Source: the human T2T-CHM13v2.0 reference genome, Homo sapiens. Taken from it: a stretch of DNA of 64,000 nt. Where the stretch lies: the NCBI RefSeq assembly GCF_009914755.1, contig NC_060930.1; one strand, given 5' to 3'. A program made the position numbers and the translations under genes. Below are positions 1 to 17,701 of this stretch, in pieces. The stretch's first letter is position 1, and each line of letters starts with the position of its first letter. A model generated the notes under the pieces. It was not told where the DNA came from, did not search any database, and worked only from the letters and a program-made list of their open reading frames with translations.

Positions 1-39
1 GGAAAGGGAAGGGAAGGAAGAAAGAAACAAAAAAATGAT

Positions 40-1044
40 GTAATTGGCCAAGAAAAAATTAAAAATGCTCAACCTCATAAGGCATCAAGCACATTAAAAC
101 CACAGTGAGAAACCAATACTCACCTACCAGAATGTCTAAAACTATAAGGATTGTTAATACTAAGTGCTGGGAGAAATATGAGGTAACTGAAATGCTCATA
201 CACTGCTAGTGAGAATGTAAAATAGCACAACCACTTGGGAAAACTCTTTGGCAGTATCTACTAACACCAGCATATTCCACTACCCAGAAATGCCACTCCT
301 AGGCATAGCCCCAAAAGAAATGTGAAAACATGTTCACCAGTGATGTGCAAATGTCCATCAACAGGAGAATGGCTGGCCAGGTGCTGTGGCTCACGCCTGT
401 AATCCCAGCACTGCGGGAGGCCAATCATTTGAGCGTAGGAGTTCAAGACCAGTCTGGGCAACATAGTAAGATCCCCATCTCTACAAAAAATTTTAAAAAT
501 TAGCTGGGTGTGGTGGTGCACACCTGTGGTCCTAGCTACTTGAGAAGCTGTGGCAGGAGAATCACTTGAGCCCAGGAGTCAGAGGCTGCAGTGCATCGTG
601 ATTCACCTCTGCACTCCAGCCTGGGTGACAGAGCAAGCCCCTGTCTCTAAAAAAAAATAACAATAATAAGTTAATTTTAAAAAAAACCAGGAGAATGCCT
701 AAATACATTGTAATATACTTATAAATGAATTCTTATGGTAATGAAAGTGTATTAGCAACTGCTAAACCCAGCTGATGAATCTCACCAACATGCTGAACAA
801 AAGAAGCCAGATACAGAGGAATTTATACCACATGATTACATCAGACAAGGTTAAAACCCAGGCCAAACTATGGCGTTAAGAGTCAGTGAGCTGCTTAGTG
901 CTTCAGGGAATGGTGCTTGCAGGGAGGGAGGCTCTGGTAATATTCTCTTTCTTGATTTGGGTCTGGTGTCCCAGGTATGCCTACTTTGTGACAATTCATC
1001 AAGGTGTACTCGGGGTTGGTAGCTTTTCTGTATATGTATTACAC

Positions 1045-1045
<1 letters not shown>
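40..1045 (+). mobile_element. Old L1M 3' region interrupted by an Alu (about 374-660, +)
   Basis: L1 3'-end motifs (aaaaccacagtgaga; gctcatacactgctagtgagaatgtaaaatag; agaagccagataca); the Alu is flanked by AGGAGAATG repeats. Confidence 0.7.

Positions 1046-1130
<85 letters not shown>
1046..1130. repeat. Compound microsatellite (CT)n(AT)n(T)n at an Alu tail
   Basis: Seen directly. Confidence 0.9.
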
Positions 1131-2080
<950 letters not shown>

Positions 2081-2433
2081 CTCTTCTCATTGTCATCCTC
2101 ACGTGTTCTTTTTGCCCCATATAAAATAATCAAAAGCAGGATAGCTCTCAGCAGACTAATTTCCATGTAATGATATGTACATCTCAACAATGCATGCATT
2201 CTTTGATTATAAAAGAATAAGCATTATTGATTCTGGAATTGATTGATAAAAGGAAGGGTAGGTCTTCAAACCAACAAATTGGCCAATGGATAAAAGTGCA
2301 AACTGCCAAGCGGAGAAAGGTGGGCACCAGCCATATTTTCTTTTGAATCTTTACTTTGATTTATGGAATGAGGGTGTTCTTTCCCTTAAAGAGATGTGCA
2401 GCTCCGTAGAGCAGATAGGAAAGATATTTTCCA

Positions 2434-2491
2434 TGTGTAGGCAGGTTCCTTTCCTACAGAACTTGTGTAGGCAGGTTCCTTTCCTACAGAA
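2434..2491. repeat. Tandem duplication, period 30 bp
   Basis: TGTGTAGGCAGGTTCCTTTCCTACAGAA occurs twice. Confidence 0.9.
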
Positions 2492-2710
2492 TCCCATGTG
2501 GACCCACTCTTACCTAAGGCCAGTCCTGGGCATAGGGCAGGAGCTAAAGCCAGGAAGCTGGTGTCTTGCCTTTGCCAGACCAGGTGGCCTGTGAGAGGTT
2601 CCATTCGATTCTGTTCAGTTCTTCATGGCAACAACTCCTTATCATGTTACTTATGCTGAGCCTTGGGGATCCAAAAATAAATTAGATGTGGCTCCTGTTC
2701 TCAAGGGCAG

Positions 2711-3081
2711 TGTCTTAGTCTGTTTGGGTTGCTGTAACAGAATACCATAAATTGAGTGGCTTATTAACAGCAGAAATGTACTATTCACACACACACTCTG
2801 GTGGCTGAAAGTGCAAGATCAAGGCGCTGGTGGATGTGGTGTCTGGTGAGGGCCGACTTTCTCTTTCATAGATGGCACCTTCTCACTGTGTCCTCGAATG
2901 GCGAAGGGGCACAGGAGCTCCCTGGAGCCTCTTTTATAAGGGCATTAATCCCATTCATGAGGTGTCCACACTCATGACCTAAACACCTCTCAAAGACCCC
3001 ACCTCCTAATACTATCACATGGATGATTAGGTTTCAACACATGAGTTTCGGTGGGGGACCACATACATTCAGACCATAGCA
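2711..3081 (-). mobile_element. MaLR solo LTR (MLT1A-like)
   Basis: TGTCTTAGTC...AGACCATAGCA with TG..CA termini and 5-bp TSD GGCAG. Confidence 0.85.
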
Positions 3082-3154
3082 GGCAGTACAAAGGAGGAGG
3101 AGATTAGAAGATGAGGTCATGATACAAAGGATGAATAATGCTATAATAGACTAT

Positions 3155-3295
3155 GACCCTGGACAAGTGGCTTAACTTCTCTGCGCCTCAGTATCCTCAT
3201 CTGTGAACTGAGGATAAGGTAGTACCTCCTCCACAGGGTTGTTTTAAGGGTCAAATGAGATTAAACACGTGCCCAACACGACCATTGCTCAGTAC
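3155..3295 (+). mobile_element. MIR
   Basis: MIR core: gaccctggacaagtggcttaacttctctgcgcctcagtatcctcatctgtg. Confidence 0.75.
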
Positions 3296-4084
3296 ATGAT
3301 TTTGCTGTATAAACTGTACTGATGATGGCAAGACCCTGGTGATGATGATGATGATGATGAGGGCACCCTAGATGTGTTGGAACTATCAAGAAGGGGCACT
3401 CAACACAGCCCGGGAATTCAGGGGTGCCTTCTTGGAGGAGGTCATGCCCAAGCTGAGTCTTAGAGGATAAACAGTTTGAGAGAGGATATGGTAAAAAAAA
3501 AAAAGAAAAAGAAAAAGAAAAACGAGAATGTGTTGCAGACCAGGCACAGTCCAAGAACGTCCCAGAGCCTTGAGACAGCGTAGCCCTCCAGGAGCCGGGC
3601 TGTGGGGCACGGAGTGGTGGGGCACTGGAGGGGGGCCTTGTCTACCAGATTGATGAGCTGCAATCTCGTCCTGTGACAGGGAATCACTGAAGGGATTTTG
3701 TTAAATGCCTTTGAAGTAAAATCATCAGGACGCGGTGTTTGATTGGTTACGGTTGAAGGAAAGAGGAGCCAGTGACACTGGAAACAAGAAGAAATTGGGT
3801 ATGGCAGAAGAGGGCCACTCATTCTGTTTTGACCTGGCTGACTTGGAGATCTTGGCCTCTCCAAGATCTTGGATTCGACTTGGCCTGTGGAGCTGTCTTA
3901 AGCGAATGTCTGGCAAGCAGTTGGCACACCCAGCTGAGGCTCGGGAAGGGTGTGTGAGTGATGCCAGGACTGTGAGAGAGGAATGCCAGGCACAGCGAGG
4001 AGGGGTCATCTCAGAGCAGCAGCACCCAGGGGGCAAGCAGAGGGAAAGGGGAGGACAAGGAGGACAAGGACCAGAAGGAGCCTG

Positions 4085-4883
4085 GTATTTGTTTGTTTGT
4101 GTGCTGCCATAACAAAGTATCACAGACCGGGGGCTTCAACAACAGACATTTTCTCTCACAGTTCTGGAGGCTGGGAGTCCAAGATCAAAGGGTGGGCAGG
4201 GCTGGTTCCTCCCGAAGCCTCTCTGTTGGCTCACAGATGGCCACCTTCCTGCTGTGTCCTCACACACTCACTCGGGATGTGCTTCGGGGAATGGTGCTTG
4301 TAGGGAGGGAGGCTCTGGTAATATTCTCTTTCTTGATTCGGGTCTGGTGTCCCAGGTGTGCCTACTTTGTGACAATTCATCAAGGTGTACTCAGGGTTGG
4401 TAGTTTTTCTGTATATATATTACACTTCTCTCTCTGTCTCTCTCTCTCTCCCTATATATATATATGTATATATATATTTTGAGACAGAGTCTCACTCTGT
4501 CACTCAGGCTGGAATGCAGTGGTGCAATCTAGGCACACTGAAACCTCCACCTCCCGGGTTCAAGTGATTCTCATGCCTCAGCCTCCTGAGTAGCTGGGAT
4601 TACAGGCACGCGCCAGCACACCCAGCTAATTTTTGTATTTTTAGTAGAGATGGGGTTTCGCCATGTTGGCCAGGATGGTCTCAATCTCCTGTGTGTTGTC
4701 TATGTCCAAATTTCCTCTTCTTATGAGGACACCAATTCTACTGGATTAGGGGCCACTCTGATAGCCTCACCCTAACTTAATCACCTCTGTAAGGAGCCTA
4801 TCTCCAAATACAGTCACATTCTGAGACGCTAGAGGTTAGGACTTCAACAGTGAATTTTGGGGGGACATAATTCAGCCTATAAC
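4085..4883 (-). mobile_element. MaLR LTR (MLT1C/D-like) split by a 413-bp templated insertion (4279-4691)
   Basis: MLT1 motifs on both sides: ctcacagttctggaggctgggagtccaagatcaa and cctatctccaaatacagtcacattctga...aattcagcctataaca. Confidence 0.8.
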
Positions 4884-4948
4884 AGGCCTGCTGGACTTGG
4901 CATTGGGAAGTCATTGATGGGCTCGATACAAACAAGGGGAGAGAAGAG

Positions 4949-5041
4949 GAAAGGAGCCGGCTGCAGGCCTGGAGGGAGTGAAAGGAGCCGGCTGCAGGCC
5001 TGGAGGGAGTGAAAGGAGCCAGCTGCAGGCCTGGAGGGAGT
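4949..5041. repeat. Tandem repeat, 3 x 31 bp (GAAAGGAGCCGGCTGCAGGCCTGGAGGGAGT)
   Basis: Three near-identical units with one substitution. Confidence 0.93.
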
Positions 5042-5479
5042 GGGGGGGACATGGGGCAGCCCAGGAGCTGACCGTGGGCAGGAGCTGGATGGAGAAGGAG
5101 TCTCCAGGCTCAGGAGGGACTTGAGCAGGGCACAGGCTGAGGGAAGCGTGGAATGAGGGAGGGAAGGGATGAAAGGTAGGGTCACAGAGCCACTGGCCGA
5201 GCATGCGTGTCCACCTGGGGTCCAGGTTGGCCCACATCAAGCACACTGAGTTAAATCTCCAGGAGAGCATGGAGCCTGCCCAGAGACTGTGTCAAACCCT
5301 GATGCATCCTGACTGTCACTCCCTCAGGAATAGTGACCAAGGGAAGAACTGTTCACCCTGGAACACCAGAGCTTGTGTCACTGTGGCTTCATGGAACAGA
5401 AATGTCAAATCTGTGGATTCAGCTGATAATTCTCTCGTTAGCCACAAGATATTTTCTAAATTAAAAAAACAATTTTTTG

Positions 5480-6330
<851 letters not shown>

Positions 6331-8207
6331 TTAGTTTTCCCCCTTGACATGCATTTTTTGAATATTTGAGACAAAATATCCCTAATGGTCTTGATCAGCA
6401 AAGCTGTTTTTTAAAAAGTGTCAGAAGAGTTGCTCGGAACAGTCCATGAAGTACAAATAACTTGACCTTTCCAACGGGCGAAAAGAGAGTTAGGAAGTTG
6501 GTACTCAGTGAGGCGATCTTGTCAACAAACAGTTCGACTGAACTGACATTGACTGGGCACCCACTGTGCGCCAGGCGTGGTAGGGAGGGAGATTTGTCTG
6601 TCTGATGACTTGGTTGTTTCTCGTGCTCTGCTTTTTGATGATCGGCATCTTGCTTTCGAGGTGGATAGCCGAGTGTCGAGCAGTGCTGTGATGTGGGGTG
6701 CTCCCTGCTCTCCCATTTCTATGGCCTGGTCTTTTCCCAGAAGCAGCTGGGATGCTCCATCTTGCCCTCCCTTCGGTCCCTTTGTGTCTTGGGTGTCCTT
6801 CCAAAGTGGGGAGGCAGATCCGAGTCCTTCCCATGTCCTCACCTCAGAGGCCCAAGTGCCTTCCAAGTGTGAAGACTTAAAAAAAAAAACAAACCTACCA
6901 TGGAGGGTGGTGGGGGAGGATTGGAATTCCAGAAAATTCTGAATGAAAACAGCAGTTGCAAAACGGAATGGCTTTGCAAACTGCAGCCGATTATTCAGTG
7001 ACTGTCTTGGGCTTTGGCCGGACCACTCGAAAATCTGCCGCTGAAGGATCCAGGGAGAGTGGCAGAAAGCACAGGGAAGCTGGAACCGAGGGGCTGGACC
7101 CAGCTCTCCAGGAGGCCCCAGCTCCCAGCCCACCAGCTCCCAGCCTCAGGCCCTGTTTGGCTGTGACTGAGGAAGCTCAAGCCCCAAAGCCAGCATAAAG
7201 CAAGCGTTGGGGCAGCTCCGGTTTCAGCCGGACTTGCCTGTGTGTAATCCTGGGGCTGGGTAATCTGATGCCCCAAACTCAGAGCCGGTTCTGGCTCTTG
7301 GCTCCGGTGGCCTGGGGAGCTGAGGCTACTTTTCAGGGACACCAGAAATGTCTGTATTCTTTCTCAGATGGGTCGGCAGACTGTTCTGGGTGCCAGGTCT
7401 TTGATGAAATGGATTTGGATACAAATCAAATATTTAAATTGGTGTTTTCCCTCTTTGGAAGGACCATTCCAGCTGGACCTGTGGACTTGTTTTTACATAA
7501 GATTTGGACTCCTTTAAATGTGCATTTTTTTTTCCATCTTGAATACGCCTGGGGCAGACAGTGGCTGTATTTGGAAGCCCCGAGGCTGCTGGTCTGGCTG
7601 AGACAGGGAGCAGGCACCTCAGCTAACCCTCTTGGCCGAAAGTGCACTTGTTAGAAAACCAATTCATGTGCCTGCTGGCTCCCCATGGTTATATATTATT
7701 TAATCACGCAGGTCTTGGGTTTATGCCAAGCAGCAACTTGCTGTCTGCCATCTTTCAGGGAAGAATAAGCAAGGCAAATTCATTCAGTTCTGTCTCTTTT
7801 TCAGCTTCCTGGGCTAAATGAAGGCAAGAAAGTGTTTATGAACATCCCAAAGTGCTGTGAAATATCCATCTTGGTGAAAATAGACACCCTGCTTCCTTTT
7901 GAAAAATAGCATTTTGTGAAAGGAATTTTTACCCATACATTTAGCTCAGATATTTCTAGATATTTCAAAGGGCCTCTCTTATTCCCTTTACTTTAGACAG
8001 AGAGAGAGAGACTAAAGATATGTGAAATTCCTTTAGCCACAAGCTTGTTTGGGACCTGGCCTGGGGCACGAGTCTTCATCCTGGCTGGTGACGGCTGACA
8101 CCAGGGCATACAGTGGCAGTTATCAGAGAATTTCCAGGGAGGTGCAAAAACTCGGTACCTTTACTCCTACAGAGCCCACAAAGCCCTGTGCACAAAGCCC
8201 CCCTGCA

Positions 8208-8381
8208 TCTTGGAAGGAGCAGGTGGGACATTTTGTTTTGGGGATGGGGTCCGGGACGAGCTGTGAGCTCCTCTCTGTCCCGCCATCCAGGTGGTCTTGG
8301 AAGGAGCAGGTGGGACATTTTCTTCTGGGGATGGGGTCCAGGACGAGCTGTGAGCTCCTCTCTGTCCCGCCATCCAGGTGG
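8208..8381. repeat. Tandem duplication, 2 x 87 bp
   Basis: TCTTGGAAGGAGCAGGTGGGACATTTT...CGCCATCCAGGTGG occurs twice with 3 mismatches. Confidence 0.93.
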
Positions 8382-8493
8382 TTCCACTGTTGCCCTGCTG
8401 AGAGCTGGAGGCCCCATTCCCCCTCCGAGCCCAGCCTGCCAGCCCCTTCACACGCCTTTAATCTGGCGCCTTCCTCCTAGCACGCACCTTTCT

Positions 8494-10815
<2,322 letters not shown>

Positions 10816-11521
10816 AGCACACACCTTTCTCCTTCCCTCTTTCCACCCTTTGTGCAGTCTGGCGGGAGTCGTGTTTTCCTACAGCGACTCTTTCTGTGTC
10901 ATTTATTGCCAGGAATACATATTCCCAGAATCCCCTTTATTTACTCTGTCATTTGAGTGTCACCTGCATGGTGTCCAGGCTAGAGACCAGCCTCTTCTAT
11001 GTCCGCAGTTTAAAGTTTCTGTCTTGGCACAGCCAAGCACACATCAGATGCTGGGTCAGACTCCTCAGAGCAATATCCAGGAGTCAGGGGACACAAGCGC
11101 TTCTATGCCTGTTGTTCCAGTGAGGAAGCCTTGACTTAAAACTATGGTTGTGGGAATTGAAAACTAACGAGAAGCTCAATGCACAGACTTGCTAAAAAGA
11201 GAGAGCACTGGTGTCCCTACCTCATGGGGTCCTTGGGAGAACTAAATAAGGAAACTCACACAGTTGCTTAGCGCTCCCTGGCACACGGTAAACTGTTGAT
11301 ACTTTAATCTCCTTGAACTGCAGGCATCCCTCAGAATTCAGTCCTTGGAGATCATATGTGGATCTACACAGTGTACAGAAGAAAAGTGCAAGAAGACTGC
11401 ACAGCATCTAAAAGCTAAGCTTCTCCAGCTTGGGTGAATTCTGGGATCAGCAGATTCTCCCTTTAGGATCTGGGGGCTGCCACCCAGAATCTAGAATCAG
11501 GGCTGACAGTCACTGCTCGAC

Positions 11522-11587
<66 letters not shown>

Positions 11588-11588
11588 T
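11522..11588. repeat. (CT)n(CA)n microsatellite
   Basis: Seen directly. Confidence 0.9.
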
Positions 11589-11919
11589 ATGGGGAGGCCC
11601 AGGGGGCTACAGTGTCCAGAGTCAGCCCCTCCTGGAAATCCACAGCCCACCAGGTCTGTGTCAAGGCTTTGAAATCACATCCGAGTGTTTTGATTGAGAG
11701 CAAGTATGCTGCATGGAAAATGATTTCTTTGTAATCATTCAGTAGAAAAACGAAACTGTCTCCTAAATAAAATGTCAAACATCCTAAAGTGCCTGGGAGC
11801 GTAGTAGTGACATCAGCTTCAGAGTTTATTATTTCATCAATGGAGCCAGAGTTGGTGCAAAAAGGCAAGGACACTTTATCAGAAAAGGAATTTTTTGGGG
11901 AAAAAAAATAAAACCTTTT

Positions 11920-13030
11920 GTTTTATGAGACCAGCATTACTCTTATAGCAAAGCAGCTGAGGACACTACAAGAAAAGAAAATTAAAGGCCAATATCCCTA
12001 ATGAACATAGATGTAAAGGTCCTCAACAAAATACTAGCAAGCTACTCTTACACCAAAGTCCTACAGACTGCTGCTCATGCTGCCACCATGTCTTTAGTGA
12101 TCCTTGAGAAGTTCCAGCACATTTTGTGAGTATTCAGTGGGTGACAGAAAATAGCCTTTGCCATCACTGCCATTAAGGGTGTGGGTTGAAGATATGCTCA
12201 TGTGGTGTTGAGGAAAGCATATATTGACCTCACCAAAAGGTCAGGAAAACTCACTGAGGATGTGGTGGAGCATATCATCACCATTATGCAGAATCCATGC
12301 CAGTACAAGATCCCAGACTGGTTCTTGAACAGACAGGAGGATGTCGACGATGGAAAATATAGCCAGGTCCTGACCAATGGTCTGGAGAAACTGAACAAGA
12401 TTTGGGTCAATAAAGGACCGCACCAATTCTGGGACTTTTGTGTCCAAGGTCAGCACACCAAGACCACCGGCCACCAGGGCCATACCATCGGTATGTCCAA
12501 GAAGAAATACGTCTGTAGGCCTTGTCTGTTAATTAATAGTTTGTATACCTAAAAAAATACTAGCAACTAGAATTCAACAGCACAGTAAAAGAACCATTCA
12601 CCATGATCAAGTGGGATTTATCCTTGGAATGCAAGGATGGCTCAACATATGCAAATCAATCAATGTGATATACCACATTAACAGAATGAGGGACAAAAAC
12701 CATATGATCATCTCAATATATGCAGAAAAGCACCTGACAAAATTCAATGTCCTTTGATCATAAAAACTCTTAACAAATTAGGTATAAAAGGAATCCACCT
12801 CAGCAAAATGAAGACCATATATGATAAGGCCAAAGTCAACATCATATTCAATGGGGAAAAGTTGAAAGCTTTTCCTTTAAGATCAGGAACAAGACGGGCA
12901 TGCTCATTTTCACTACTTCTATTCAACATGGTACTGGAAGTCCTTGTCAAAGCAGTTAGGCAAGAAAAAGAAATAAAGGGCATCCACATTGGAAAGGAAG
13001 ACGTTAAGTTGTCTCTGTAGATGACATGAT
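11920..13030 (+). mobile_element. L1 ORF2 reverse-transcriptase fragment hosting the RPS18 retrocopy
   Basis: ORF 12754..13020 (KTLNKLGI...[15 protein letters not shown]...[10 protein letters not shown]) is L1 RT. Confidence 0.88.
12041..12553 (+). pseudogene. RPS18P8: Processed pseudogene of ribosomal protein S18 (probably RPS18P8; number from memory)
   Basis: Intronless RPS18 homology from ATG 12088 (MSLVILEKFQHIL; later [11 protein letters not shown] and GQHTKTTG). In-frame TGA at 12127, internal deletions, stop changed to TAC, short A tail, 13-bp TSD AAAATACTAGCAA (12028-12040 and 12554-12566). Confidence 0.93.
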
Positions 13031-13079
13031 ATTATAACCCTTTGGGCAGTTAACACTCCCACTTCACCCTTGCAAGTAG

Positions 13080-13425
<346 letters not shown>

Positions 13426-13554
13426 TCGTCTACTTTCTGTATCTATGAATTTGCTCATTCTATAAGTGAAATCATACAATACTGTTCCTTTTGTGACTGG
13501 CTTACCTCACTTAGCATATGTCTTTGGTTCATCTGTGTTGCAGCATGTCAGAAT

Positions 13555-14259
13555 TGTACCAAGGGGTTCACCTTGCCTGCTGCCTAGACAGAGCCGATTT
13601 ATCAAGACAGGGGAATTACAATAGAGAAAGAGTAATTCACACAGAGCCGGCTGTGCAGGAGACCAGAGTTTTATTATTACTCAAATCAGTCCTCCCAAAA
13701 AATTCAGGGATCAGAGTTTTTAAGAATAATTTGGTAGGTAGGGGGCCAGTGAATCGGGAGTGCTGATTGGCTGGCTCAGGGATGAAATCATAGGGAGTCG
13801 AAGCTGTTTTCTTCTGCTGGGTCAGTTCCTGGATGGGGGCCACAGAACTGGCTGGCAGGTCCAGGTAGGGCCGTCTGGATGTTAGAAATGCAAAAACCTG
13901 AAAAGACACCTCAAAAGGCCGATCTTAGGTTCACAGTAGTGATGTTACCTTCAAGAGTAATTGGGGAAGTTGTAAATCTTATGTCCTCTGGCATAATGGC
14001 TGGTAATATTTAGAATTCTAGCCCCTCTCATCTTACCTTGGTGGCTGGTGGCCTTTCATTTGTTTACAAGAACAGTTTAGCCTTTTGGGAAAGGCTATTA
14101 TATAAACGATACACTAAATTTCTTCCCAAAGCTAGTTTGGCCTACACCCAGGAAGGAAGAAGAACAGTTTAGAGGTTAGAAACAAGATGGGGTCAGTTAG
14201 ATCTGGTATCTTTCACTGTCATAATTTTCTCCATTATGATTTTTGCAAAGGCAGTTTCA
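13555..14259 (-). mobile_element. ERV1 solo LTR, LTR8/LTR8A-like
   Basis: Minus strand begins TGAAACTGCCTTTGCAAAA; TG..CA termini; flanks GAAT and GGAT resemble a 4-bp TSD. Confidence 0.8.
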
Positions 14260-14431
14260 GGATTTTCTTCCTTTTTAAATAAATACATGTATTCCAGCCT
14301 GGGCAACATAGTGAGACCCTGTCACTACAAAAATAACTATAAACATTAGCTGGGCATGGTGGTGCGTGCCTGTAGTCCCAGCTTCTCAGAAAGCTGGGGC
14401 GGGATTGTTTGAGGCCAGGAGTTTGAAGTTA

Positions 14432-14593
<162 letters not shown>

Positions 14594-14697
14594 CTATGGA
14601 ATCAAACTTAATTAGTAATTTTGGTTTGACTGCTTACTTAGCCATGCGGCCTTGGGAAGACTACTTAGTTTCTCTAAACTTATTTGTAAAATGTGAG

Positions 14698-15250
14698 TGT
14701 CAGGGAGGAAATAGAATTTGTCCTTAACTCTCATAAGTTCATAGTTAGGACAGACCCCTGTGGAAGAAAACCAGATTAACAAGAGAAAGATAAGCCAATT
14801 GATGAACACCCACAGTGCACACCGTGTGGAGAAATCTCAGTGAGAGGTCACTTGGAGCAGGGACTTAGAACTCTGGCTTATCTAGCATCTTCAACAAAGA
14901 ACAATACAGTTTGGAGAAGCAGCAAGACAAAGCAGAACTGTGGGTCTCTGTGGGCAGCAACTCGAGGGAAGGCAAGCCATGGCCGATGCAGGTTCGTCAG
15001 CAAAGCTTGTTGTCTGTGGTTCCTTCTCCAGGCTGCTGGGGGCCCACAGCTGTCTTCGGTGGCAAAATTTGTTCTCCCTGGCAGAGCCAGGGACAGGACA
15101 GGATACCTTTTCTCTTTGTCAATCTATGTCCTGCCTTTTGGCAGACAGAGGGCGGGCATGGAGCTCTCCTGCATCAGCTTCTTATCCTCAGCGCAATCTA
15201 CAATCCTTTGCGTTCTGGACCGGCATGTTCTGTTCTCCTGTGTGAGCAAA
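14698..15250. mobile_element. Degenerate ERV1-type LTR (MER4-group-like), family uncertain
   Basis: Begins tgtcagggaggaaa and contains cagattaacaagagaaa, a motif seen in MER4-group LTRs. Confidence 0.45.
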
Positions 15251-15724
15251 ACCTGCCTTGAGGGGCTATAGGGGGCATGAACTGACGGAGGGTAGATCAG
15301 ACGCTCAGCCTGCCTGAACACACAGGAAGTGCTCAGAAATGTCAGCTATTATTATGAAGTCAAATATACCAGCTGTACTTTTATTCTGATAACTTTAAAA
15401 TGAAATAGGGGCAAAGTTTCCCAGTTGAGAAAAAGTGACACATTTTAGAAGTTCAGAAGGCATTATATGCCTACGACTTTCCCTCGGGAACAAAGAGATG
15501 GAGGCCTGTTAGAGACCTAAAAGAAACATGACAAATTCTGGCTGCTTATAGATCCAAGAGACTGCCCCCTATTCTCACGCCTCCCAATCTTCCCTGGGTG
15601 CAGCGTGGCCTGAGAGCCAAGAGGCACTAAGATGCAGTGTGCCAGATGTGAGCACCTCCTAAATGAAAGAAAGGCCTCCAACTTACCTCACCTGTTGAGA
15701 AAGACAAAATCTGTAAGAATATAC

Positions 15725-16020
<296 letters not shown>

Positions 16021-17363
16021 GAATATACATTTTTTTTCTGTGTGTATTTTCTCCTCAGACAGAGCTCACAGATGCTAATCGAGGCATGGCCTGTGTTTCC
16101 AGTCCCTGAACCATCTGACACTCCCACATTTCTCGCGGAGCTTTCCCTGCCAGTGGTGCTCAGGTGACTGCAGTGGGCTCCTGCAGCTCGTTCCCGCCCA
16201 GCTTGCCCCTGATGTCTCTCCTCCAACCCCCTCCCATGGATATTAAAAGAGAAAGAAAAAAGCTCTACCCCAAGTCCAGCCACCTTTCCATGACTCTCCC
16301 TGTCCTAAAACAAGGAAAGCCGCCATAGACACAATGTGAGCTGCTAATCCATCACTGCACGTGGAGTTTTATCCGAGAAAACTGTTGCTTCTGTAAAGTC
16401 AAGCATTCTGCTGAGAAAAGTTTCCATTCACCACTACAGGAAAATGGTGCTTGTGAAGCTCCAGCCAGTGTGCTGTTGAGCAATGTCTTTCTAAACAGCT
16501 ACACTGGGGCCCAGGCATGGGAGAAAAGTCAGGGAGGGGGAGCTCCAAGACCAGGAAGTTCCCGGGTGGCTCTCCTCCCCGGGGAAAGGGTCCCAGCTGA
16601 CTCAAGGCTCCGTCTCTTTCCATGTGTTCATGCACCTCCTTGGGGATAACCGTCTAGCACATCAGCTTGAGCCAAGAACTGATGAGGTCAAGGTAGGGAT
16701 GGCAGTCCCCTTAAAAGTCTTCTCCTCAAAGGGAGGAGCAGGTTCATCCCATCCTCCTGTCCTCACAGCCCCCACAGGAACTGGATGGAGTGTAGGCCAA
16801 GTGCTCAGTGCACGTTACAATGGACCCAAGTAATTCATGAAGGAGCCTCGTGGTGAAAATGCCACCTGGGTTTAGGGGCAACATGCCATTGGGGCCAACA
16901 CCAATGTTGGCCACAGGAAAACGAGACCATTATTTCTCTAATTATAAGAGATGAAAAGCACCCTCTTTGGCCTCAGTCATTTCCTCGGAATTGGGTGGAT
17001 CTCACTGGCTGCCAACTAACTAATTTAATTTGACCTCTTCGCTAAAGCGAATATTGAATAACTTTCACCCAGAGGAGAAACTATTTTCCGTAACCTGTAT
17101 TCTGAGGAATATGCTTGCATGGACACTCTACTCCCCATGATCCAGCAGGTTACACTGAGAATTCAGCACAATCTTAGCTCCTTAAAAGGAGGGCTTCTGG
17201 TGTAGTTTTGTGCTGTGTTACTGTTCCCTTGCTCCAAACCTAAGAGAACTGCCTGGGTAACTTGTAGAGTATTTTTCTCCACAGAAACCTCTTGACACTT
17301 GTTCCTTGAAGATTTACAAGTTTTTCTTCCTATCTATATCATTTCCTCAACTCAGTCTTTTAA

Positions 17364-17701
<338 letters not shown>

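Noticed and set aside
6505-7654. Cluster of 100-200 aa ORFs in unique GC-rich DNA
   Set aside because: No recognisable domains, overlapping on both strands, and no consistent exon structure.
8278-8295. CTCF-like CGCCATCCAGGTGG in the 87-bp duplication
   Set aside because: Spacing is one base off the CTCF core.
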